Assembly: GCA_029953675.1 (NCBI GenBank)
Contig: JAMWBK010000001.1
Location: forward strand, 3,658,001-3,722,000
DNA length: 64,000 nt
From: Rhodosorus marinus CCMP1338
Taxonomy: Eukaryota; Plantae; Rhodophyta
Direction of reading: 5' to 3'
Within the stretch, counting starts at the first letter, position 1. Each line of letters begins with the position of its first letter. The position numbers and the translations under genes were made by a program. This document shows positions 21,808-35,125 of the stretch, one piece after another. The notes below the pieces were generated by a model. That model saw only the letters and a program-made list of their open reading frames with translations, did not search any database and was not told where the DNA came from.

Positions 21808-24800
21808 TCTATCTTCTTCAAAACAACCAAAGCCACCTCCGCCAATATTACAACTAGCAAATTGTCACCGCCGTCCCATCCCCTCTTCCCCTGCGAAGCT
21901 CATCACGTACATCTTCTCTTAACAAGACGGCAGCAATCCAGTCCCGTTCTACCCACGGCTAACGTTGCCCTAGAAATCAATGCTTCTTGAAAGACTTTCC
22001 AATGGTTACGGATCGAGATATGTCTCCCTCTTTCGACCAGACTTGAGACTGCCACCCCTTCTCCACCACTGCCTGCGAGAGTTTCGCATACTAGTATACC
22101 TTGTCCCGGTGGAAACCTGTTTGGTGGTGAAGACGGAGAGTGCATCCACGGTGAGCTCCCCTCGACGCCGGCTGCTATGGAAGCTGATCGTTTGATATAA
22201 GCCTACCCTGTACTACTCATTCTCAGCCTCGCCAGGGTATTGGATCAGTTGCGGCCGGGCCAGGACTCGAAGAAGCAGAGCTGAATTGCTTGACGAAAGC
22301 GCCCAAGTTTGGGTTCCCGACATCGATCAAGCGTACACTCGCCTGAAGGAGCGCCCCACACAGCACATAACTCGCACCAGCCAGCGAAAGAGCTCGTTGA
22401 GGAGTTCTCGGGAAGTGACCGGAACGGCCTGTCAGAATTTCTTCCTTCACTGCACTCTCTCTTATCTACTTTTGCTCTGCTGTTAGTTCTGCCGTCGTTG
22501 GCTTGTACCTTTGCGGGCTTCTTACTGGCGCTCAGATTTTGCAGCTGCTACCTCTCCGTGGTGTGCCGTAGGTGTCGGATTTCGCTCAGGTTAGCCTATA
22601 CCCATGCGAGTGGGGCGGATTGGTTTGCCGTCTCGGCTCTTGCTCATTAGTTTGTGGATGCGCTGATTCCTGAAAGCTCAGCCGCGTCATCAATTTTGTT
22701 GAAAACAAGCCGCAAAGGATTCAGCTGAGTCCTTTGTAGGTTCTCTCCCGAACGACTAGCAGTGGTGGTCACGAGCGAGGCACCGACACTCAGTTAGCCC
22801 CCTTCGTCAGGCCCGATCCCATCCAACCCAACATTTCAGGGAGGCTGTCAGAACAGTTGCGACTGCAGTAAAGCTAGTTTGCCGGATGATCCCCAATGGC
22901 TTGGCTTTTTCCGAGTCGCGCAGTTCGTACGTACCCTTCGTATCATTTCTAAAAACGAAACACGAAATTGTGCAGATCCATGGGAGGCCGAAATCACATG
23001 CGGCCTTCTCTGTACTGAGTCGAGCGCAGGAATGAGACTCCAAGCGGCACCCTGTGGAGGCGATGATTAACAACAGATCTGCTTCCAGTTCCTGAGTTTC
23101 AATCACCCCGCGACACGGGGTTTGCCGAACTTCAGCACGAGTCTTGGGGGGGGCCGGAGATATGTCCGTGGACCTCCTTCTCGAGCAGACAAAGCTAGGT
23201 AGCCGTGCATCAATTTGCGTCAGACATTTCGCAGCTGACGTTCTTTTGGCTGACTCAATGAGAGCGACAGCGCAAATCCAAGTACTAGTTGAGAAAGGCC
23301 TCCACTGTGCGGGGGACAACAAGAGAATGCTTCCCGCGAATTGAGAACACGAGCTCGGGCAACCCCAGAGCGTGAGCATGACTTCTCCGGACACTGACGT
23401 GTCTACTTGCTGAGCTTACTCGTCCGAGTGAGCCGGAAAACCAAAACGAAGGCGGAAAAGTTAAGTCGCAAGAAGTGCTTCAGGACATGAGAGGATCGTG
23501 AACAACTTTTTCATCATCATATATTCTGGAGAACATTCCTGGACGTTGTGGTCCTAAACATGGCTCCAGCCCGTCCAGGTTCAAGTGCTGGATTCCATGA
23601 TGCCGCCAGCCATTTTGTCTAGCAAGTCTCAAGACAAAATCCGCTTCGGCTTGACTCACTATTTTCCACCGGACTGGGGAGGTTGGTACGCAGTACACAC
23701 TTGCGTTTGGGGAGTGCTGATTCTCTGCTGATAGTAAAGTCCGGAGTTTCGAATGCACCAAGTACAGAGCACGCTTGAATTTGCGAAAGCGCTGAAGGGT
23801 TTTCTTCCCTGGGCAGGCCGTTGCCTGAGTTTAGGAGCTACTCACGTCGTGAGGGAACCCTGATTGTTCTGCGAAGGGCCTCCCAGGCAACGTATCCGTA
23901 TTTGTCTTCGCTTGAACTCGTTTGAATTCGTTAATGAATAGCCCTTGTTTGTACACCAAAATTGTCCACGACATGTCGTTTGATCGCGACGAACTGTACT
24001 GCTCGAAAATCGTCCCAACGCACGATTTCTACCGAATATGTGTCCTGGATTGGGTGAATTCTTCTTGCTCCCGGCATGAACTCACTCGCTGATTGATCTC
24101 CTTCATTGCGCCCTTTACCCCGCAATGGAACCGCCTAGACGAAGATAAAGCAGTTAGGCTTTTGGAATACGCAAGATTTTGTTTGTTGCGGCAACGAGCT
24201 ACATCGACAGCTGCAAAAAAATGCTCGCACAAAACGACTGATGGACTTCTTCACAAAACGACTGATGGACTTCTTTTTGATTGAAGCCAATCTAAGCAGG
24301 CTTCAGTGTGTGTCCAAATCTATCGTTTGGCCCAATGAGCCAAGATGGGAGTCCTAGAAGAGAAAGCAAAGCAAACGCAGCCGTGTCCCAACTGTGGGTC
24401 ATCGTTCGAGTATGTGGGAGGACGACGTGTTCCAAGTCATCTAAACGCAGGTGTTGGTCCCGGAATGTCCCAACTGCCGCAGCGAGTGAATATGGTTGGG
24501 TCGGATCCCCGCTCAAAAATGTTTTTGCAAAACGACAATGAAAATCCAATATTTTTATTTGGCCAGGAGCGGCCAGGACCATATCGCCCTAAGATTGCTG
24601 AAAGCGAAATGATCGGAAAACGAGCTTGCCGTGCCTTTTTCCGTTTGATTCCGTGGCGGGGCGGAACTATTCCCCTTGAACGATATTTATTAGATCGATA
24701 TGGGCTATGCTGAATTTTGGGCGAAGTAGGCGTAGCCAATATATCATGTATCATGTAGGTTCCTATATTTTGGGGTGGGGGGGGGGAAGGTAGACTGAGA

Positions 24801-26186
24801 GGAGCGGCGTCTGTAGGATACAGAATCAGTTGAAGAGCTCATTGGATTAAAAAAAAGTAATATGGAGAAATTCTGAGCACAGGTGTGTAGCCAATAAGTG
24901 TCTCCTGACAAACATACTATCCAATCGTTGTGGACTTCCGGAATGATAGGGTTGAAGTAACAGAAAATGGGCAATATTCGCGAATCAGATGTGACTGACG
25001 TGGTCTCAACTGATTTTCACAAAGCTACTTTTTGTTTTCCCCAGGAAACTTTTCTTATGAACGGATTCTTTTAAATAGAAATTTTGAGGTTTCTAGAATA
25101 GTAGTCCTGTTTTGAGCAAGAAAAAAGCTTTCTCACTATTCCGGAAAAAATCCTCGACCTCCGATTTTGCAAAGCTGGTTCTCATCCAATTATGTTTTCT
25201 TTCCCAATTGTCATCACTCCTCAAGAAATGTTGTCCAATGCCTAACATACTTACACAGTTTTTTGGAAGAAACTGATAATATCCCAATATAGTGGCTTAG
25301 ATCCACGATTGCCGATCCACCGTTTTCCGTTCACGCCATTCCCAGCTGGAGCCACTTACACTAACAAATTTCAGCCAAAAACACGACAAACAAACGATAA
25401 TGGGGATTTTGGTTGGGTCAAGGGAGTTTTCGCACATGGCTGCGGTGGCATGAAGCGACCTGGCCCCCGGCCCCCCGCCTTCGCCCACCCGCAATACTCG
25501 GGATGTGGATGCGCTCGTTGTATTCCTAGTTCCCTACCATCCCAATTCCTATGCCGTGACTGACCTCCTTCGCTAGTCGTGGCATTGCCGGACAGCTGTC
25601 CAAGTGCTCTGCGCTACTGGTTCTATCACTATCGAAGGGGGGAAGACCAGAATACCCTGCTACCCTACCCTAGACTCTCGGGACCAAGCCGAGCGTGGAA
25701 CATGATCCCAGGCAACGCAGGGTAATGGAAAAAGTGGGCTTTACATGTCCCTTCAAGTTTTATCTTGCAGCTGAGGAAACCAGCTATTAATGAAGCAGAT
25801 ACAAGTACACAGTGTGGGAGATGGCTTTCGTGAATCACTCCAATCTCTCAGGAAAATTCTACACGAAGTCTCTAAAAGAGACCACGACAGATAACAGTAC
25901 ACTTCCGCGTCGTCTCCATCCTCGTCCTGGACACCTTCATACCGCCACGGAAACGAGAACGCTTGCTACCAGCTTCCGACCCGACTGAATCGCCTTCAGC
26001 TCACTGTGACAGCATCTCCGGCTTCGTAATAATTCAAGGGGGAGCAGCGCGCAACCCATAAACTCACGAGTTGGGGACTGCGGACGTCGGAGCTTCAGCG
26101 CGCGCCTCATCAGGGGCGACCTCGCCTAACAGAATGAAAAATCAACATCAGAACTCTAATCCAGTCTACTATTCGATGTGGATCTG

Positions 26187-27965
26187 TCACTCACCTCGTC
26201 CGTAGCCGTCAACCACGACCGCATCGAAGAATCTGGAAGAAGGCACAGGTACTCCTTCAACGGAGACACCGCCCTCAGTCCATTCGGAATCAGTTGTTGC
26301 CTCATCACGATCAGTGACCACGACGTAAACGATGGCAAGGATCAATACAATAAGACCCAGAATTCCTACAACGATCACGGCAATGATTCCAGTGCTCAAG
26401 GATGCGGCGCCTCCAACGGCGGCACCACCGGCAGCTCCAGCGTACACGACGCTCCCTTCCAGAACCTTCGTGGCCTCAATGAAATCGCTGTCGTCCTTGA
26501 GCGTGGCAATCTCACCGGCTCCGTTGCAGCTGACGGTGATGGCAACGCGGCTACCATACTGGCGCGTAGCGCTGTTCATCGTCAGCCGGCTTGCAACATT
26601 CCTAAGTGTGCACATCATATCCGTGCACTCCTCAGCAAGTCTGCTAGAGCCGCTCATCTCCTCAACAACTCCAGTGTATGCTACGTCATCAATGTTCAGC
26701 GCCGCCTTCACAGCATTAACGATGTTGTTTGCCTTGGTCACACCGATGATGCTCGGGAAAACACCACTAATGATAACCTCCTGGGAGAAGCCTTCTGCAG
26801 AGGCAACGGGTGCTTCCACAGCGGGCCCGTACTCGGCCTTGACACAGCTTTCAGTCTCCGAGACGACATCTACCTCGATGGTGCCGTCCGCAGTGCTTAG
26901 GGACAGTTGTCCTCCTGTCATAGACACGGTCCCATCTCCACCTGTTGCCAGACTGGACGACGTCTTCATGGAGACGGTCTGGTATACTTTTCCGACTCTT
27001 CCGTTCACGGTCTCCCACGCACCATTGGAGGGTCCGAAGTCAAAGCTTCCATCGAAGCCTTCAACGTCTCCCTCACACCTCCACAGGTTCATCGTATCCA
27101 TAGACACGTAATCAAGACCAAAGGCATCTACTTCAACAGAGTTGCACATGACAACAACTGGAACCTTGTCGGCATCAGTGTATGTGATCATTACAGCTGT
27201 AAAGAACGGATCACCGCCATCCACAGACATATTCGGATCGTGGATCGCAAGCTCAAAGGCACCACATCCGACGCGGTAGTCATTCAGCTTCATCACGAAC
27301 TTCGAGCAGTCGTTTGAGAAGTACACCTGGCAATCTTCATCCATCTTACCGTCCGCGGGGGCTTGTGCGGGACAGCCAGGGGCATTGTTGATGTAATCAA
27401 GATCGTCCTCGTTAAACACGAACACGTTATCAATCGATGCGAAGGCACACCAGTCCGCAGACCCGTCCTCGCCGTTGTAGTAGGCAACATCGAAAGTGTA
27501 TTCTCCGTTCTTTTTCTGGTAATCGATCACATCCTTGTACGTTCCTGGAGTGAACATTTGACCGGAACCCGAAACAATGTCAACAGTGTCGTCATCCTCA
27601 GAGTAGACGACAATGCCCTTGGCAACAATTGGAACGACGTATGTCTCCACTGCTTTGCCTCCTTCGCTAACGTCCACGGTCATCTTCGTCATTCCGGGCA
27701 TGGAATGAGCAACAGCGGACATGGTCATGTTAGTCATGCACGCGGACCCTGCAGTCATGGTGATGACAGCGTCATCCGCATCAAGAACCATCGAATCGGA
27801 ACTCTTAACCTTCACACTAAGATCCCCACACGCGGGCACCATCATGTTAACGTCAATATCGGCAGCTCCATCGCTCATGAGGACTTCCACGGGGTCCATT
27901 TCCACAACTGCGACGGCGAATGAGCACAGCGCCACCAGGGCTGCTCCAAAGATCTTAGCCCTCAT
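26187..27965 (-). CDS. 592-aa intronless type I membrane protein: signal peptide, large acidic beta-rich ectodomain, TM helix, short cytoplasmic tail
   Basis: Signal MRAKIFGAALVALCSFAVA; D/E/M/V-rich ectodomain with paired Cys; TM IIAVIVVGILGLIVLILAIVYVVV; tail ends VVVDGYGRGE. Strong codon bias generates long antisense ORFs. Confidence 0.9.
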   Translation of the reverse strand: MRAKIFGAALVALCSFAVAVVEMDPVEVLMSDGAADIDVNMMVPACGDLSVKVKSSDSMVLDADDAVITMTAGSACMTNMTMSAVAHSMPGMTKMTVDVSEGGKAVETYVVPIVAKGIVVYSEDDDTVDIVSGSGQMFTPGTYKDVIDYQKKNGEYTFDVAYYNGEDGSADWCAFASIDNVFVFNEDDLDYINNAPGCPAQAPADGKMDEDCQVYFSNDCSKFVMKLNDYRVGCGAFELAIHDPNMSVDGGDPFFTAVMITYTDADKVPVVVMCNSVEVDAFGLDYVSMDTMNLWRCEGDVEGFDGSFDFGPSNGAWETVNGRVGKVYQTVSMKTSSSLATGGDGTVSMTGGQLSLSTADGTIEVDVVSETESCVKAEYGPAVEAPVASAEGFSQEVIISGVFPSIIGVTKANNIVNAVKAALNIDDVAYTGVVEEMSGSSRLAEECTDMMCTLRNVASRLTMNSATRQYGSRVAITVSCNGAGEIATLKDDSDFIEATKVLEGSVVYAGAAGGAAVGGAASLSTGIIAVIVVGILGLIVLILAIVYVVVTDRDEATTDSEWTEGGVSVEGVPVPSSRFFDAVVVDGYGRGE

Positions 27966-28291
27966 TTTCCAAAACTAACCAATAACCCACAAGAAACGCA
28001 ACTGTAACAAGTCCCCCACTCTAAACCCAAGTATCACACAGCACTTGAAACCTCATACACGTTTTGCCTAACCACTCAGTCTCCCTCCCAAGGCGCAAAA
28101 GTCTGCGCTAATACAGGTATAGAAAGGTTACCAACACACATGCTCTCCTTCCGTGCCTAAGCGAGGCTCTCAGGAGGTCGTTGCTACCGATGCAGTATGA
28201 TATACAATACGCATGCGCACAGGTAAGCGAACTCGTCTAATAAATTCACAGTTGCTCCACTTTTTTTTACCACAAATCTAATGCCAAGCAA

Positions 28292-30171
28292 TCCAGCCCT
28301 CCTCGTGCCATATTCAAGCCCCCCCCAAAGCTGAAAACTAACACAGGAATGACAAAAAATCGGAAAGAGTTTTCACTTCCGACAATCCAATTCATTATTA
28401 AAAAGAATTAGACGATTCGACAAAGAATTTCAAGGATTTTCCGGAAAGATTTTCGGTAAGCCCGAAAGGGAAACAAATTTTTTTCTTCTGCAGTTGCGGG
28501 TCACACAACAATTTCGGTTTTATTAACACGGGGGTTTGATCAATCGCCGACTGCCCCCTTTCGTTTGGCCAGAACACCAAAATATGTGTCTAAACGAAAA
28601 ATGGTCGGGGGTGCCTACAACTGAAAAAAGGTTGTAAGTAACAAAACGAATGAAAATTCGATCCCCCCCAATCATGCTTCTGCGAAACTCCAACACGCGA
28701 GCGCTTAGAAAAACGTTCTATCCGGCATGAAACAACAGTACCTACTACCTGCTAGAAAAAAACGGTGAGAGGGGGGAGTAGTGACGGGAGAAGGAACAAT
28801 TAAGGAAAAATGAAAACGGCTAATTTTCTCATCCAGTCCCATGGAGTGGTTGGGCAAGGGGTAGAACCAACTGCTTCTTACTGAATGTCACACACCCATA
28901 ATGCTTGCTCTAGGAATGTTTTCTCAGAAGAATTTGCATTAATCTGCTCGCAGCTGTCGTGCGTGAACCAAATATTACAACCCTTTGCCGGAATTATCAG
29001 CTAAAAAGGGGGGATTCTTTACCCGATGCAGGCGCTGATCCTGCTCGAAAAAATTTCAAGGCCTGGTAAACACGTAATTTCTGCACACTCTCCATATTTA
29101 CCGCACAAGGGGAGGGGGGAGCTCAGCAATTGTTTTGACACTGGACATGAATTTCGGATCAGGATAAGTTGACAAATTTCCTGTCTCTGCTTTTTCTGTA
29201 TTACCTGTTCTGAACAGGTCGAAACGAAGCTCAGGCGTTAAACCGAAGCACCGCAACCGTACATGTGTCATCGCTTACCCCACGGCAAGACAAACGAACT
29301 CTGAACAAATCTTGACAAATACCAACCCCTAAGGAAGCCCGCTAAAAGCAAGCGGAGGCCAAAAAGATGAACTTTCAACTTGCGGATAATGGGACCTCTG
29401 CTTATAGTTGAAATTTCAATGTTTATTGTTCTGGTGAACCTTTCAAATTCGTTCGCCAATCACAGACACAACCCAGTCCCATAGATTTTTATAATTTTTA
29501 TAAGTGTTTTTGGCGAGAGAAGATTTGTATTGCTATCCGAAGGGGCGGAACTCATATCAAAAGTCGCCCATGAAAAACAAATATTTCAGCTCTCAAATTC
29601 ACCCAAAAAAATAAAAACATGCTTAAATCATTCAGCAAACCTCCTGTGCGGATATTCCAATTGATTTTGACACGATTCTTGCCGGCGCAGGGGTGGTGGG
29701 TTTGCAACGCGCAGTCAGAGATTTGAATGACCAGTTATGAATTCTTGGACGTTCCCCGTTTTGATAACCGTCAAAATTTCTAGAAACGGGTTTCAGCACC
29801 GCATTATCCTTTTAGGTCAAAGGAAAATACGCCCTCCCAAAAACCTTAGATTTGGTTCTATCGATTCTCTATAGCAACTGAACAATCAGCTTCAAAGATA
29901 GGAATATTAGCTGAGCTATTGTTGATAGCCTAGTTTTAACTGATGGGTTGTTCTAGCCTAGAGATTCCATGCCCATTTTCGCAAGTTGGTAAGGGGGGGT
30001 TGTGGTCCCGAATCGTAGTACCCCAAGCCCACGTAACGTATCAATTAATTTTTGTCTGTCTGTCCCATCCACGGCCGGGTTTTCCTTGGAGACCAACCGA
30101 TTGTTGTCCTTTTGTATATTCCCGCGGAGGGTGGTGGATTTTGCCTTGAATATGGCACGAGGAGGGCTGGA
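28292..30171. mobile_element. Putative non-autonomous TIR element (1.88 kb) with perfect 27-bp inverted termini and a 3-bp CAA flanking duplication
   Basis: TCCAGCCCTCCTCGTGCCATATTCAAG at 28292-28318 and its exact reverse complement at 30145-30171. CAA lies immediately outside both ends. No intact ORF inside. Confidence 0.55.
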
Positions 30172-33100
30172 CAATTCGTCGATGTATTAGAGAAGGCCAG
30201 TCTTTGTCGGTCGGGTCAATTCCAGAGAACGAAATATTTCATAAATAAGGACACTTGGATTCCTCCACGAGATTGTTTACCCTCATAGACAGTGTTTCTA
30301 CATTCATGAATTGACCAGATTAAGACAACAAAGGAGCAAGATTCTAAAAACCCAACTAGATCTTGAACTTTTGGCTGCCCCCCTCATCATCCCCCCCCAA
30401 CGACTTTCCCGACCATAGCAAACGCTGAAAAGGAAGAATCCAATCATATCTCGTTATGATTAGACCTGACACTGGCTGCACCAATCACTACTCTGGTGTG
30501 AATGTGGATATTTCATTTCACCACAGGCCATTGGTCATAACAATCGAGCACTAGGAACGGGTGCATTGGCAAGCGTTTCCTCGCAACAACGGAGTGGTGC
30601 AATATCCCCTCCCCCCCCTCCCCCAATGCTCATGCGTGGGGTGGGGGTGACGGAAAGGGTGGGGCATATCGTTCCAGTTCAATTCTGGCGACGGAACGGC
30701 GCTTAAGCGTTGTTCGTTCTCAAGTGCCCGAGAGAGAAAATTTCTCCTTATTATGTGCTCTGGTTCCAGCGAGGAGCAACAATAACAATTTATCATTCAT
30801 TGTGCAGATAATTGAATTTTACTAATGTTTGGAGGGTGTTAGTATGTTTTCGTCGTGTCGACTCCTGGCGTTGTCTTTCAGGGCGGTCTACCAGTCCTTC
30901 AGGCAATGGTTTTGTCAAAAAGCTCCCAGGGTAGGGTGGACTATCGCTCTTCTGGAGTCCCAACTTGTGCTTGGGCTGACAATCTATATTTGGAAGAACC
31001 CGCGAAGGGGTTGTGTGGAGGGGGTTAAGTGTTGCTGGGATAGATTGCTCATTTCAATGTCAAACCATTCCAACAAGACCGTACTGGTGCTCAAAGTTTC
31101 ACGAACCCTTACAACATGCCGCCAAAGCATGGGACAATACTAAAACGACTGTTGAAGAGTTGTTTTAGGCTTTTTAGGAACCGGGCAAGTTTTCGGTTAA
31201 ACAAAATCTGTTATTTAAGGAGAAGGACCAAATATAGGTAGCTCTGTGAAAAGGCAGAGATCTAATCGCTGGTTCCTCCTCCCAAACGAGCAAAACGAAA
31301 ATTTCCTTAGCTCGTTATCACTGCGCGTTGTTTCTTCAGCCACGATCACCAATAAAAGGCATCGTCGTAATCTCTTATCCAATCACAAGAAAAAAGGGAG
31401 GAGATGGTAGCTACGCTATCCAATCATTTACGTTTAATAACCAATGGTTTTCTCTTTAGTGCAAAAGTCAACCTAAATTTGGTTAAAGTTTCGATCCCAA
31501 TGCGTTCCATTGGTGAAAAGTATAGATTTTTTCATAAAGTTGAGGATCCATAGGCTGGTGATCAACAGGTTCACCCGGATGTTCAACGGTGACAAGAATG
31601 CCAGGGAAGATCCGTGCCACACTTGGTCCATTCTAGAATGCATTCGGAGAGAGCCGGCGGGTTGGGTTGGGTTCTTGTATTGGATAAAATGCTGGGTGGG
31701 AAAGCTTCACGTCCTCACGTGGAGGCTACTAATGCTATCATCATTCGAGCGTGAAGATATCTTGGGGCTGCCTCAGGGGCTGCTGGTCCCCTCCTCGCAA
31801 TGTCGAGTGTGATGGGGACTAGTAAGTTGCTTCCGTCGGCAGGGGATGCATATCATTTTGCGCGCACAATTTTATATATATTCTACGTGCCTGGGAGCAA
31901 AATGCCACTTATGCACGTCCATCCTCCATCCGCTTTTCAGCCACCTACAAAATTTTCGCCTTAATTTGAAGCGTTTCGATCCCTTGAGATCGATGACTTG
32001 CTTAGTGGTCCGGCTGTGGCAAGCAGTGGCTTAAAATCAATTTAGAAGAGGTGTTTGTGTGCCAGCGATACTTTTACGATTCACGTGAATGCGTGGCAGC
32101 AGCTTGTCACCAGTCCGGGGGGACGGAGGGCAAGTGGAGGGGAAAGTGTTTTAAGTGGAAATCTGCTGCTAGCCTTGGTCACAGCTGCTGACGGTTGTTG
32201 TCAACATGTAGTTCTACGAACGAATCACACGCTGCTGGTTGAGGAGATTTCGGTAATGGTGAAGGAACTCATTTTCATGAGCGGGGTGCAGCTATCAAGA
32301 GCTATTCTCAATTTTGCTTTTAAGTCGGGCGTATGCTGCCTTCCAGGCGCATCCCTTCGAGGCGCAGTACGTCTCGTTTCACCTTCGCATTGCTCTGTGG
32401 TCCCACACGGTACATGGTTTGCTAATGAATATCGGATTCCGATCTCGTGCAAATGCACACCTCGAAGATGCCGGGATTCGGGCCGACGAGGCTGAAGTTC
32501 GAGCACTCTAGTCCTGAGCGTCAGGTGACCTTGAGCGAGTGTCCAATTTGCCTCCGACCTCTGATAACCAGTCCATCCTTATCAAGAAGCTCAGCCATTC
32601 AGTCTCGCAACTGAATGTCCGTGAGTGAGGAATTTATTCATTTTCGACGTACCAGCAGCTAATACCGGCGTACGGAGAACTCGGTCATCCTGCCCAACGG
32701 TTTCGTTCGATTCGTGAGAAAGTACAAGTTCATTGGTTCATGCCTTGCATCAACGACAAGACCAGCTTGTACGAGCCCATCACGTCCGCGTAATGAACTC
32801 CTCGGGACCAACTATAAAGAGAATTTCATGGCAGGCAATTTTAACCGCTTTGTTGCATTGTAGAACGATTCTTAAACGAGCAAGCCTTGCTCACATGGGC
32901 ATATCCTCTTTCCTTGATTCCCGGAGACGCATGGCAGACAGCAAGGAGGCTTCCAGGTGCTCCGAATCGCGCCCACCCATCTACGTGAACATGAGGAACA
33001 GCACTACTGTGTACAAGAGCGCAGTCGACTACAATTTCTGGGCAGAGCAATGCGAAACTAGTGCAAGGCGTTTCACAAAGATCGATTCTATCGTCTCCAC

Positions 33101-35125
33101 TTTCCTTCATATTTTAGGCGTGAAGGATAGGCCTCTACGGGGAAATGGCCAAGCTCCAATGCTGCGATTGTTGGTAGACGTGCAGTTGCTCTATTCTTTG
33201 TGTTCTCGAAGCCCTCGATCGACATTCGCAATACCTCCAATGTTTGTGTATTGTTACCCCGCGATAACTGGCTGGGCAATAGAAGCAACCATTACAGGCG
33301 CTACTCTTTTGGGGTGGACTATGTTCCTGGTCCAGTCTGGCAATAACGCTTTCGTCCAGTTGAGCGGAACGGGGGAACCCTTCCCAATATCGCCCGTCGA
33401 ACAGTACCGTTTCGCTGTACAGTAACCCCAGCGGTCCCAGCTGCTTACCGCGTCAAACGGAGAACTCGATGGGAGTTGCGGAGTAGGTACATATACAACA
33501 GCTCGTCAACGCCTGAGCAGACGATTAAAAAAGAAATCGCCTGTGCAGAGAACAGTGCTTGGCAGTCTTGCTAATCCAGACGCTACCCAGACGAACCTCT
33601 TTGTTGCGATTCAGCTAGAACCAGCACCTCTGGGGCAATCTACCGTTGTTGTTGTGTTTACAGCAAGCTTCGATCAGACCGCCTTGGATACTCAGACAGA
33701 TGCAAATCCGCCCAAGAACGAAAAGCGTCGTAGACAAACCCTCGCAAATGGAAAACCGACCAACTGAACAGGAGACGGGTATCGCTTGCTTGCTCGACCA
33801 ACGAAGCATCCGCCTACGTATAACAGGCTCACCTCCAGTTCATCTTGATGCGAACCGCTGGAGGGGTCTGTAGTGAAGTCCTTATGGATACTTCAGAGCG
33901 TCAGTAAGAGAATTGCTAGGGCATATCCAGACCCTACAGAGTAAGATCCACTACCACGTTCACTGGTTGTACATGAAAATATTATACAAATGTTCTCGGA
34001 CCGTTTCAAGGATAGACAAAACGGTCCGCCCAGTTCTGCCTGAGAATCGGGATGCCCATCTAGTGTTGCAGTTGCGCGCGGGCTCCAAATTATGGAGACG
34101 TGGAAAGGTTTCGCGTGCACACAATATGTCGGTATGCACAAATGATCCTCATGTTCTCGAGCTTTCGCAAGAGACCACTTTTGTTTCTGCCTATGTCACG
34201 ACTGTCCCCCATTCAAGTTGCTGTTGAGTCCAGACCGCGAGGTCTGGACGAGCCAATTCCCACTCCTCCAGCGCGCGAACGCGAATAAGCTCAATCAACT
34301 TGTAAAAAAACACAGCGGCGTCTTCCTTAGAGGTAGCTGTTCTTGAATACTACTGTGACTGGGAGTGGTACTGCGAGTGAGGCCTCAGTATACTGTTCTG
34401 GCTCTTGCGGATTGGATTCTGTCTGTTGAGACCGCGAACGGTTGGAAATGCTGAGGCCACAAAGGAGGAAGGAAAAGGGCCAGAAAATCTCTGTTTAATT
34501 GGCGAAGAGATCCTGTACCACCCTAGTGGGGAGCTGATCTGCTCGAGCCAGCATTTTTTTCAACGGCGCTGGAAGGCTTGAATCCGAAACCTTGGACAGG
34601 ATCCTATAAGAGCTTAAGCGCGGGATGCGCCCTATCAACCTCTGCGTGCTCGCTCATTGCGCCGGTTTATCCAGAGTCTTGAGCCCGTGGAGAGCCGAGG
34701 TTAGTGTAGTCAAGAGTAATTAGGTCGACAACTGAAGTTCTGCCCTCGAACTCCAGGGTCAGTTCCCACTTCCCCGTCTCCGGGCGCCTATGAGATATCA
34801 CTTGCTGACTACCTCTTCCATCCAAGCCTGGGAGTACTGATGTTCTCCCTCTTTCCAGCGCGTCGATCAAAAGATCTCAACGGGCAACAAAGTACAGATG
34901 GAGCTCGGCGCCCGGACAGACGCAAGCGATGATCCCTCAAGCATTTTTATTTGTTTTCGTTCAAGTATGTTGAGAGAGAGAGGGCAATACCCAAAGTCTT
35001 CGGAATATTTGGTGTCGGGAACATAGAGCGGGTTTCAACGAACGCCCCAAGCGCAGTCTTGGTTATCGCGGTGGCCATGCATAATACTGTACAATTGTAG
35101 CTTTGGCAAACCATCGTATTCTGTA

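Noticed and set aside
23480-24713. RBR/IBR-like (TQPCPNCGSSFEYVGG) and oxygenase-like peptide fragments
   Set aside because: Motifs are incomplete, lie on opposite strands and are broken by stops. At most unidentifiable pseudogene debris.
26178-27923. Long plus-strand ORFs (240, 259 and 186 aa) overlapping the membrane-protein gene
   Set aside because: They are antisense shadows of strong codon bias in the real minus-strand gene and have no protein-like features.
29750-29950. Gag-like peptide (RLSKTGNVQEFIT) inside the TIR-bounded element
   Set aside because: A single short motif among many stops; insufficient to call an LTR relic.
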